Of a stretch of DNA of 64,000 bases, positions 53,287 to 61,676 are shown piece after piece. The stretch is taken from NCBI GenBank assembly GCA_963703955.1, contig CAVPGK010000015.1, positions 32,001 to 96,000 of the forward strand, in the 5' to 3' direction. Below the pieces are notes generated by a model. It had not been told where the DNA came from. It did no database searches and saw only the letters and a program-made list of their open reading frames with translations. Origin of the DNA: Nitrospirota bacterium (GTDB lineage Bacteria > Nitrospirota > Nitrospiria > Nitrospirales > Nitrospiraceae). The position numbers and the translations under genes were made by a program. Positions within the stretch are counted from its first letter, which is position 1. Every line of letters begins with the position of its first letter.

Positions 53287-54042
53287 TCAGGAAGCGATCC
53301 ATCCGCTGTCGGCAAAACTCACATAACGACCATCGCCGATGATCAGATGGTCCAGGACTCTAATCCCAAGCACGTCCCCCGCGGCAACAAGGCGTGCCGT
53401 CAGCTCACGGTCCTCTAGGCTGGGCTGAGGGTCGCCGCTCGGGTGGTTGTGGAGAAAAATCACCGCGGCCGCAGACTCGCGCACGGCCAGATTAAAGACC
53501 TCACGCGGGTGGACGATACTGAGTGTGAGACTCCCTTCGGACACGGTGGCTTCTCGAATGATCCTGTGCTTTGCGTCCAACAAGATGGTTTTAAAGACCT
53601 CATGCCGCAAGTCGCGCAGACGGGGAAAATAGTGCTTAAACAGATCTGCGCTCGATCCGATCTGCGTATCTGTGGACAAAGGTGCCGCGAGGACGCGCTT
53701 TCCAAGTTCGATGGCGGCCTTGAGTTGGGCCACCTTTGCGGGTCCCACCCCGGCCACCCGGCAGAGTTCATCTAATCCCCGATTCGCCAGCCCTGGGAGA
53801 CCGTGGACGTGCTTAAGAAGCTCCATGGCCACCTGAACGGCCGAGGAATCCGGACGTCCAACACGAAGGACGATAGCCAAGAGCTGGGCATCCGATAAGA
53901 CTTCAGGACCTTCCTGGAGAAGCCGCTCTCGCGGACGCTCGCTAAGAGGCCACCCACTGATCCCGGCTTCACGTCGCTTTCTTCGCACAGCGTCCTGACT
54001 GCGCCCTGAATTGACAAGAGGTGACAATTTTTGGAGTCCCAA
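53287..54042 (-). CDS. radC: RadC (JAB domain) protein; start uncertain
   Basis: ERPRERLL..G..LSDAQLLAI, VHPREVF, HNHPSGDPQPSLED, LDHLIIG. Confidence 0.93.
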   Translation of the reverse strand: MGLQKLSPLVNSGRSQDAVRRKRREAGISGWPLSERPRERLLQEGPEVLSDAQLLAIVLRVGRPDSSAVQVAMELLKHVHGLPGLANRGLDELCRVAGVGPAKVAQLKAAIELGKRVLAAPLSTDTQIGSSADLFKHYFPRLRDLRHEVFKTILLDAKHRIIREATVSEGSLTLSIVHPREVFNLAVRESAAAVIFLHNHPSGDPQPSLEDRELTARLVAAGDVLGIRVLDHLIIGDGRYVSFADSGWIAS

Positions 54043-54079
54043 TTCAGACGCTCACATCAAATTTCGTCGTTTATTCTCA

Positions 54080-54126
54080 TAAGCGATTGATATTTAAGAG
54101 TGACAAAAATCGGCCCGAGAATTGCT
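54080..54126 (+). promoter_or_regulatory. IHF site (54080-54092) plus sigma54 -24/-12 promoter (54111-54126)
   Basis: TAAGCGATTGATA matches YAA-N4-TTGATW; CGGCCCGAGAATTGCT has GG-N10-GC. Confidence 0.65.
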
Positions 54127-54169
54127 TCATCACGCCTCCATTGCAACGGTTCGAAACCAGGAGTCGATC

Positions 54170-54343
54170 ATGACATGTCGTCGATGCCAGGGGATGATGA
54201 CGTTGGAGCGGTTCTCAGATTTTTTCCTGGTCTTTTATGCTTGGAAATGCATCAACTGTGGTGCGATTATCGATCAGACGATCTCCAGTAATCAGCAGAG
54301 AAGCCTGGCTGAAGCTGAAGCTCAGACGGTGTCTGCACACTGA
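54170..54343 (+). CDS. 57-aa zinc-ribbon protein
   Basis: SD AGGAG; MTCRRCQGMM...WKCINCGAIID, two CxxC pairs. Confidence 0.8.
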   Translation: MTCRRCQGMMTLERFSDFFLVFYAWKCINCGAIIDQTISSNQQRSLAEAEAQTVSAH

Positions 54344-54489
54344 TCTGACACACCACAGTCGCGTCTCACCCCGTCTTCTTCGAACCCTCCACTCTCGAGG
54401 TATCTATTGCATCTCCATCTGAGGTCAGATGGAAAGATGGCAGTATACCGAAGCGCATGAACCTCCGTCAAAGCGCGGTCGGTGGTATC

Positions 54490-54519
54490 TTGACCGTGTG
54501 AAAAATCGCGTGTTACAGT
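54490..54519 (+). promoter_or_regulatory. Probable sigma70 promoter of rsmD-coaD-aminotransferase
   Basis: TTGACC-18 bp-TACAGT with extended -10 TG. Confidence 0.55.
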
Positions 54520-54541
54520 CCGTTATCTCGTGAGGGGGGAC

Positions 54542-55111
54542 GTGCGGGTCATCGCCGGTTCGCACAAGGGACGACGGCTGTTCAGTTCTCGAGGATTGAG
54601 CGTGCGCCCGACGTCAGGTCGCGTGAAGGAGGCCATCTTCTCAATCCTCGCGACTCACGTCGAAGGCGCGCAGTTCCTCGATTTGTACGCCGGGACGGGT
54701 GCAATCGGAATCGAGGCACTCAGCCGAGGCGCTCACCGGGTCGTCTTTGTGGAATCTCACCCGGCCTCCCTCCGCCTTTTGCGATCCAATGTCGACCATT
54801 GCCGGTTCTCTACGGTCGCGGACGTGCATGCCTGCCATGCAGAGAACTTTCTTGACCGGCAGCAGACATCGCCCGCCATCTTTGACATCGTCTTTGCAGA
54901 TCCTCCCTATGAGCTGGAGAGTGCCAGTACACTGTTGCCATCATTGGAGCGGAGTGTTATCATCACACCGAAGACTGTTGTGCTGTTGGAGCATCCCACC
55001 AAAGACCTCATTCCTTCACACATAGGCCGATTGTGTCGGGTGCGGCACTATCAATACGGTGATACCTCGTTGTCGAAGTTCGCAGTGGCCAATGCGGAGA
55101 CACGTCTCTGA
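54542..55111 (+). CDS. rsmD: 16S rRNA m2G966 methyltransferase
   Basis: RVIAG..KGRRL, RPT..RVKEAIF, LDLYAGTG, EALSRGA, DPPY. Confidence 0.94.
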   Translation: MRVIAGSHKGRRLFSSRGLSVRPTSGRVKEAIFSILATHVEGAQFLDLYAGTGAIGIEALSRGAHRVVFVESHPASLRLLRSNVDHCRFSTVADVHACHAENFLDRQQTSPAIFDIVFADPPYELESASTLLPSLERSVIITPKTVVLLEHPTKDLIPSHIGRLCRVRHYQYGDTSLSKFAVANAETRL

Positions 55112-55599
55112 TGAAGATCGGTGTCTATCCTGGCACCTTCGATCCCATCACGAACGGGCATACCGATCTGATCACTCGAAGCCTTCGGGTTTTTGATCAA
55201 GTGATCGTGGCGGTCGCTCCCAATCCAAGTAAGCACCCTCTCTTTGATCTGGTTGATCGAGTCGAGATGGTCAAACTGGCGACCAAGGATTTTCCACGCA
55301 TAGACGTCGAGCCATTCAGTGGGCTGTTGGTCGACTATGTCAAGAAACGCGGCGCTTGTGCGGTCATTAGGGGATTGAGGGCGGTCTCGGACTTTGAAGT
55401 CGAATTTCAGATGGCGCTGGTTAATCGGAAGCTGGACGAAGCATTCGAAACGGTCTTCTTCATGCCCAGCGAAGAATACTCATACCTAACCTCCAGTATC
55501 ATCAAAGAGGTGGCAAGCCTGGGCGGCTCACTGGCGGACTTTGTTCACCCTGACGTGGCCATCCGCCTGCGCGAGCGTCTCCGGAGAACGACACTATGA
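55111..55599 (+). CDS. coaD: Phosphopantetheine adenylyltransferase
   Basis: YPGTFDPITNGH, RGLRAVSDFE, SSIIKE. Confidence 0.96.
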   Translation: MKIGVYPGTFDPITNGHTDLITRSLRVFDQVIVAVAPNPSKHPLFDLVDRVEMVKLATKDFPRIDVEPFSGLLVDYVKKRGACAVIRGLRAVSDFEVEFQMALVNRKLDEAFETVFFMPSEEYSYLTSSIIKEVASLGGSLADFVHPDVAIRLRERLRRTTL

Positions 55600-56792
55600 A
55601 ACTAGCCGCACGCGCGGGACGAATCGTTCCTTCCCCAACTCTCAGCATCACGGCGACGGCCAAGGCGATGATCGCCCAAGGCATCGACGTCGTGGATTTC
55701 GCCTCCGGAGAACCGGATTTTGATACCCCTGGGTCGGTCAAGTCCGCCGCAGAGGCCGCTATGAGGAGCGGCTTTACGAAGTACACTGCGGCGTCGGGTA
55801 TCGATGAGCTCAAACTGGCAATCATCAAGAAGCTAGAAACAGAACAGGGCTTGCGGTACGACAAATCTCAAATTCTCGTGTCCTGTGGAGCGAAGCATAC
55901 CCTTTATAACCTGGCTGAAGCCCTCTTGGAAGAAGGAGATGAAGTGATCGTTCCTGCCCCGTTTTGGGTCTCATATCCGGATCAAATCCTGCTTAATGAC
56001 GCGACGCCGGTTATTTTGGAAACGCGGGAAGAGGATGGCTATGCGATCACACGTCAGGAGCTCGAAGGCCGGGTGACATCACGGACCAAGGCGATCATTG
56101 TCAATAGCCCTGGCAACCCAACCGGCGCGACCTACTCGCTGGCGTCGTTGGAAGAGATCGCTGAGATCGCCTGCCGACATGACCTGGTAATTGTCTCTGA
56201 TGAAATCTATGAAAAAATTCTCTACGACGGCGCACGCCATACGAGCATCGCCGCACTGGGACCTGACGTAGCTGCTCGAACGGTCGTGGTGAACGGCGTA
56301 TCCAAAGCCTATGCGATGACTGGCTGGCGGATCGGCTACGCCGCGGGCCCCAAGGACCTCATTGGCGCGATGTCCAACATTCAGAGTCAAAGCACCTCGA
56401 ACCCTGCATCCATCTCCCAAAAGGCTGCGGTCGCCGCGCTTCAGGTAGGCGAATCATTCACCCAACAGATGCTCATTGAGTTTGACCGACGCCGCCGATT
56501 CATGGTGGAACGGCTGAACCGTATCTCCGGAATCCATTGCTCCATGCCGGCTGGTGCCTTCTACGCCTTTCCCAATGTGAAGGAACTGCTCACACGCGGC
56601 GGGGAGACTCGGCGCATGACGACCGCCTCGGACCTTGCGACCTACCTGCTGCAAGAAGCACAGGTGGCGGTCGTACCAGGAGACCCCTTTGGAAGCCCGT
56701 CGCATCTCCGGTTATCTTATGCGACGAGTATGGAAGCTATCAGTCGTGGGCTTGACCGTATGGAGTCGGCGGTCAAAAAATTGGCTGCCTAG
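55596..56792 (+). CDS. aspC: Class I PLP aminotransferase (aspartate aminotransferase-like)
   Basis: GEPDF, NSPGNPTG, SDEIY, SKAYAMTGWRIGY, GAFY, RLSYA. Confidence 0.85.
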   Translation: MKLAARAGRIVPSPTLSITATAKAMIAQGIDVVDFASGEPDFDTPGSVKSAAEAAMRSGFTKYTAASGIDELKLAIIKKLETEQGLRYDKSQILVSCGAKHTLYNLAEALLEEGDEVIVPAPFWVSYPDQILLNDATPVILETREEDGYAITRQELEGRVTSRTKAIIVNSPGNPTGATYSLASLEEIAEIACRHDLVIVSDEIYEKILYDGARHTSIAALGPDVAARTVVVNGVSKAYAMTGWRIGYAAGPKDLIGAMSNIQSQSTSNPASISQKAAVAALQVGESFTQQMLIEFDRRRRFMVERLNRISGIHCSMPAGAFYAFPNVKELLTRGGETRRMTTASDLATYLLQEAQVAVVPGDPFGSPSHLRLSYATSMEAISRGLDRMESAVKKLAA

Positions 56793-56890
56793 GCCAGTGC
56801 GATCAGACCCCGGCCCTTGACTCTTGTAAGAGCGGTATTATTGATATACCAAACACGTACAGGCGTTTCCGTTAGACCAAGGAGTGAGCT

Positions 56891-57301
56891 GTGCCAATTT
56901 ACGAGTATGTGTGCCAGAGTTGCGATCACCGTTTCGAGGTGAAGCAACGGTTCAGTGATGAACCGGTATCAACCTGTGTCCGATGCGGACAAGCCGTAAC
57001 AAAGGTGATCTCCGCGCCGGCCATCATGTTCAAGGGAAGTGGGTGGTACATCACGGACTATTCCGAGAAGTTGAAAGCTCCGGGACAAGCCGACGCGACT
57101 CAGACACCAGCCAATGGGCAAGGCGATCAAAAATCTCCGACGACCTCCAGTACCGACTCGACCGCATCTCCTTCAAGGGGAGCGCCTGGCTCCGAAACGA
57201 CCGGCACGTCGAAGCCAACCCCCGCATCTCCATCCACCACTCCACCTTCTTCCTCTTCGACCCCTTCCCAGACTCCTTCGCCAGGGAAGACCTCAGATTA
57301 G
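56891..57301 (+). CDS. FmdB-family zinc-ribbon protein with Ser/Thr/Pro-rich tail
   Basis: MPIYEYVCQSC...CVRCG...FKGSGWYITDY; SD AAGGAG. Confidence 0.9.
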   Translation: MPIYEYVCQSCDHRFEVKQRFSDEPVSTCVRCGQAVTKVISAPAIMFKGSGWYITDYSEKLKAPGQADATQTPANGQGDQKSPTTSSTDSTASPSRGAPGSETTGTSKPTPASPSTTPPSSSSTPSQTPSPGKTSD

Positions 57302-57729
57302 GGTCGGTGCTTTGCGCTTTGCTTATTGACAGGCGGTTTCGTGGGCTTCTTTTTTGGCGGTGTCTTTTGGGTCGTCTTCACAACGGTTTTCGCTGGCGCT
57401 GGCTTTTGAGCCGCCTTCGCTAACCGACCGAACTTCTCGCGCTCGCTGGCCAGGACCTGCTCGAGCGTGGAGACACGCCCGGAAAGTTCACGATTTGACC
57501 GTGTCAACTCATCCACCCTGACTTGCAACTCCTCCTTCATTTTCATCGTCTCCGTCAGTTGGCCCTGAAGCTTGGCTCGCTCGGCTGTTGCGATCTGGGC
57601 ATCGACCTGCATCTGCTCAATTTGCGCTTGTAGGGCAGGCGGCCAGTAGTCGCATCCTGCCAACCCAAAACTGGTCAGCCCGATCAACAGCAGTGAGCCG
57701 CCCACTCTACCCATCACCTGCCTGGTCAT
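57298..57729 (-). CDS. Coiled-coil lipoprotein with basic tail
   Basis: Lipobox LAGC; heptad repeats; K/P-rich C-terminus; SD AGGAGG. Confidence 0.75.
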   Translation of the reverse strand: MTRQVMGRVGGSLLLIGLTSFGLAGCDYWPPALQAQIEQMQVDAQIATAERAKLQGQLTETMKMKEELQVRVDELTRSNRELSGRVSTLEQVLASEREKFGRLAKAAQKPAPAKTVVKTTQKTPPKKKPTKPPVNKQSAKHRP

Positions 57730-57794
57730 TCGATCCTCCTTGTTAATGACTTCCCGCACGCAGGGAAGGTTTTCCGCCGGCCACACCAAGAAAA

Positions 57795-58442
57795 TCACGC
57801 TTCAAGGGTCAGGCCGGCTTCCTTAAGAGAGGCCTGGATGCGCTGTCGTGGGAGAGCCCCCTCCCGCACGATGCGAACAGTCCCGAGGGTACTTACAACG
57901 GACGACGGCTTCCCGCCCGGTGTCGGCCCACCATCCAGGATTAGATCGACTTCGGATCCGAGAGACGCCTGGACGTCCTGCGGGGCACGAAGAGGAGCGG
58001 TGCCCGAGTGATTCGCGCTAGTACCCGTCAAAGGCCCTGCACGACGAAGCAATTTGAGTAGAGTCGAATGTGCCGGCTGGCGGACTCCGATGCTCCCGGT
58101 TCCCCCGGTCAACGCAGCTGAGAGCGACGAGGATGCAGGCAGGATGAGGGTCAAAGGCCCGGGCCAAAACTGGTCCATCAAAACCTTCGCGGCTGGTGCC
58201 GTCTCTGTGACCAGTTTGGCGAGTTGAGTGCGATCGGCAATCAAGACAAGAATCGGCTTCCCCTCTGGTCGGCCCTTAATCTTGCAGATACGACGAATCG
58301 CCCCCTCGTCTGTGACCGATGCGCCCAGTCCATAGAAGGTTTCTGTGGGCATCGCCACCACGCCGCCCTTGCGAACGATCCGCGTAGCTTCGTCAAGAAC
58401 GGCTGGGAACGCATCAGGTTGAAATGTCAGCACTGTGGCCAT
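57795..58442 (-). CDS. tsaC: L-threonylcarbamoyladenylate synthase (YrdC/Sua5 N-domain)
   Basis: PTETFYGLGA, KGRP..KP, FWPGPLTL, TSANHSG. Confidence 0.92.
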   Translation of the reverse strand: MATVLTFQPDAFPAVLDEATRIVRKGGVVAMPTETFYGLGASVTDEGAIRRICKIKGRPEGKPILVLIADRTQLAKLVTETAPAAKVLMDQFWPGPLTLILPASSSLSAALTGGTGSIGVRQPAHSTLLKLLRRAGPLTGTSANHSGTAPLRAPQDVQASLGSEVDLILDGGPTPGGKPSSVVSTLGTVRIVREGALPRQRIQASLKEAGLTLEA

Positions 58443-58476
58443 GCTCTGTGCCGGGACCCCCAGAGAATCTGTCTCC

Positions 58477-59751
58477 TCACATAGCGACCAACCCTCGGTG
58501 GGCAATATCAGTCCGAAAATGGCACCCCTCGTAGGAAATCTTCTGGACCGCCCGATAGGCTCGTTCTCTTGCGACCCCCAGTTTGTGACCGATTCCTGTC
58601 ACTCCCAGGACGCGCCCGCCAGCCGTGATGATATTCTGTCCTTGCCGTCTTGTGCCAGCGTGAAACACCATCGCCTCCTGTGATGACTGCAGACCCTCTA
58701 GTCCAGCAATCGGCTTCCCGGTCGCATAGGCCCCCGGGTAACCCGCGGAGGTCAGAACGACACAGACTGCTGACTCAGTATGCCATGTCACATCGATTTG
58801 GTCGAGGCGATGCTCGACAACGGCCTCAATGACATCGAGCAGATCGGTCCTCAGAAGAGGCAGGACGACCTGCGTTTCAGGGTCCCCGAATCTGGCATTG
58901 AACTCTAACACATAGGGACGACCGCGCACGACCATCAGACCGGCATACAGGACTCCCTGGAACGGGCTGCCAAGCCGAGAGAGCGCATCGAGGACGGGGC
59001 GAAATACCTGTTGCGCGACAGTCTGAAGAAGTGATGGCGTCATGATCGGGGCCGGGGCATACGCCCCCATGCCACCTGTGTTCGCTCCGGTATCCCCATC
59101 GCCAACCCGTTTGTGATCCTGAGCCGCCAGCATGGGCCTTACAGTCTTGCCATCCGTAAACGCCATGACGGTGACTTCCTCGCCTGACAAGAATTCTTCA
59201 ACGAGCACGCGACGACCGGCTTCGCCAAATACCTCACCTTCCAGCATGGCCGCCGCTGCCCGGTGTGCCTCTTCCCGTGTTGCGGCGACCACGACCCCTT
59301 TGCCTTGTGCCAATCCGTCAGCCTTCACGACGACCGGTAAGGGCTGTTGATCCATATAATCGAGGGCAGGTTTGAGCGAATCAAAACTCCGCGCGGCTGC
59401 GGTCGGGATCTGACTACGCATCATCACTTCCTTGGCAAACGCTTTACTCGACTCGATCTGTGCCGCTCCCTGCGTCGGTCCAAAGACCTTCAGCTTCGCC
59501 TTTCGAAATTCATCGGCGATTCCTAACGCGAGCGGACCCTCTGGTCCTACGACTGTCAGATCAATACGTTCTGACACGACGAAGCGTTGGATTCCGGCGA
59601 TATCATCAGCGGCAATGAGGACACACTGCGCCAGAGATTCGATGCCGCCGTTCCCGGGTGCACAAAACACCTTGGACACCCGCGGGCTTTGAGCCAACTT
59701 CCATACAAGCGCGTGTTCGCGTCCTCCGCTACCGACGACAAGAACCTTCAC
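58477..59751 (-). CDS. purD: Phosphoribosylamine--glycine ligase
   Basis: GSGGREHAL, KADGLAQGKGV, QDHKR, NTGGMG, EFNARFGDPETQ. Confidence 0.97.
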   Translation of the reverse strand: MKVLVVGSGGREHALVWKLAQSPRVSKVFCAPGNGGIESLAQCVLIAADDIAGIQRFVVSERIDLTVVGPEGPLALGIADEFRKAKLKVFGPTQGAAQIESSKAFAKEVMMRSQIPTAAARSFDSLKPALDYMDQQPLPVVVKADGLAQGKGVVVAATREEAHRAAAAMLEGEVFGEAGRRVLVEEFLSGEEVTVMAFTDGKTVRPMLAAQDHKRVGDGDTGANTGGMGAYAPAPIMTPSLLQTVAQQVFRPVLDALSRLGSPFQGVLYAGLMVVRGRPYVLEFNARFGDPETQVVLPLLRTDLLDVIEAVVEHRLDQIDVTWHTESAVCVVLTSAGYPGAYATGKPIAGLEGLQSSQEAMVFHAGTRRQGQNIITAGGRVLGVTGIGHKLGVARERAYRAVQKISYEGCHFRTDIAHRGLVAM

Positions 59752-59936
59752 CGAACAACCATGATGAACGGAATTTCTAGGAGTGATGAGTTGGGTGAAC
59801 CGTCATCTGCAGAACAATGCCGCGTTGAGACGGGTTACGAGAAAGCCTTCGTTACTGAACGCCGCTTCACGCATTCGACTATCCAGCTAGGCCGGATATA
59901 AACAGATACGAAGATGGGGACCTTTTCAGCATCCGG

Positions 59937-61490
59937 TTAGTGTCGGAAGTGCCGCATCCCGGTGAGAATCATAGTTATCTGGTGCTCATCAGCAGCGTGG
60001 ATCACCTCCTTGTCGCGAATCGATCCGCCCGGCTGGATGACGGCAGTGACGCCGGCCTGAGCAGCCGCGTCCACCCCGTCGCGGAACGGAAAAAAGGCGT
60101 CTGAGGCCACCACGCAGCCCTTGACCGGAAGGACCGCTTTCATGCCCGCGAGTTTCACGGAATCGACGCGACTCATCTGTCCGGCGCCGATGCCGACCGT
60201 CTGACCGGTTCGAGCGTAGACAATGGCGTTGGACTTGACGTGCTTGCAGACCTTCCAGGCAAACGCGCAGGCCGCATATTCATCGTCGGTGGGCCGGCGC
60301 TGAGTCGGCACCTGAAGGCTCTTCAGATCATCCAATACGCCGAGATCGCGATCCTGGACGATCAGGCCACCCACCAATTTTTTCAGGTCCAGCCCGTCAC
60401 GTGCCGTCAAGGCTAGCGATCCCACATCCAACACACGCAAGTCTTTTTTTCGCTTGAGCTCCGCCAGAGCATCGTCGGAATAACTGGGAGCGACGAGCAC
60501 CTCTATGAACGTGGACGTGATCTCTTTGGCCGCCGGTAGGTCGACCGGTCGATTGAACGCAATCACTCCCCCGAACGCCGACACGGGATCGGTCTCGCGC
60601 GCTCGCACGTACGCCTCTACCGGCGTCGCGCCCAAGGCCACGCCGCACGGGTTGTTGTGCTTGACGATCACCACGGACGTCTCGGTGAATTCCTTCGCCA
60701 ATTCCAACGCCGAATTGGCATCAAGATAATTGTTATAGGACATGGCCTTTCCGTGCAGGACCGTGGCACGGGAGACCGAGGGCTCGCGCGAGTCGACGTC
60801 CCGATAAAATGCGCCTTGCTGATGCGGGTTCTCACCATACCGAAGAGTCTCGACCCGTTCGTAATGCAATGAGAGGATGGCCGGAAATTTCACCTCATTC
60901 CCTTGTGCCTCCCCTTCAAGATACCCGGCAATAAGGCTGTCGTAGCGGGCGGTATGCTGGAAGACCTTCATGGCCAGCTCACGGCGAAGGGCGGGCGACA
61001 CCGTTCCCGCGTTCGCCGCTTCGAGCACTCGGCTGTAGTCGGCTGGATCGACCACGACCAGCACATCTTCATGATTCTTCGCGGCTGAGCGCAGCATGGA
61101 AGGACCACCGATGTCGATGTTCTCGATCGCATAGTCGAACGTACAATCCGGTTTGGCAATCGCGGCTTCAAAAGGATACAGATTTACGATCACGACATCG
61201 ATGGGACCGATGCCATGCTGTTTCATCTGAGCCACATGGTCCGGAAGACAGCGGCGTCCGAGCAGGCCGCCATGAATTTTGGGGTGCAACGTCTTGACCC
61301 GCCCATCCAGAATCTCCGGCGACCCCGTGTAAGCTGCCACATCGATTACCGCAATGCCGGCCTCCCGCAGAGCCGTGGCAGTGCCGCCAGTTGAGAGAAT
61401 TTCCGCGCCCAAGGCAACGAGACCCTTGGCCACGTCGACGATCCCTGTCTTGTCCGAGACACTGATCAATGCCCGAGCCACGCCAGCCAT
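59937..61490 (-). CDS. purH: Bifunctional AICAR transformylase / IMP cyclohydrolase
   Basis: [43 protein letters not shown]. Confidence 0.97.
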   Translation of the reverse strand: MAGVARALISVSDKTGIVDVAKGLVALGAEILSTGGTATALREAGIAVIDVAAYTGSPEILDGRVKTLHPKIHGGLLGRRCLPDHVAQMKQHGIGPIDVVIVNLYPFEAAIAKPDCTFDYAIENIDIGGPSMLRSAAKNHEDVLVVVDPADYSRVLEAANAGTVSPALRRELAMKVFQHTARYDSLIAGYLEGEAQGNEVKFPAILSLHYERVETLRYGENPHQQGAFYRDVDSREPSVSRATVLHGKAMSYNNYLDANSALELAKEFTETSVVIVKHNNPCGVALGATPVEAYVRARETDPVSAFGGVIAFNRPVDLPAAKEITSTFIEVLVAPSYSDDALAELKRKKDLRVLDVGSLALTARDGLDLKKLVGGLIVQDRDLGVLDDLKSLQVPTQRRPTDDEYAACAFAWKVCKHVKSNAIVYARTGQTVGIGAGQMSRVDSVKLAGMKAVLPVKGCVVASDAFFPFRDGVDAAAQAGVTAVIQPGGSIRDKEVIHAADEHQITMILTGMRHFRH

Positions 61491-61627
61491 GGTATTCCTC
61501 ATCTGGTTCTGCTATTTCGAGGCGAAAACGCGCGCAGAATAACAGATGCCTCAACTAAGTTCAAGGCAGGACCGCATCAAGCCGTTCCGAAGAGGGGCAG
61601 TTGACTGCGGACCCCCGTTTCCTTTCA

Positions 61628-61656
61628 TTGACATCGCAATAGCATCGAATTACAAT
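61628..61656 (+). promoter_or_regulatory. Sigma70 promoter of dnaE
   Basis: TTGACA-17 bp-TACAAT. Confidence 0.8.
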
Positions 61657-61676
61657 CCATGGTTGAGGTTTTTCAC

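Noticed and set aside
53287..54042. radC as a marker of an integrative element
   Set aside because: Full-length chromosomal-type RadC with its N-terminal domain, among core genes; no integrase or att repeats.
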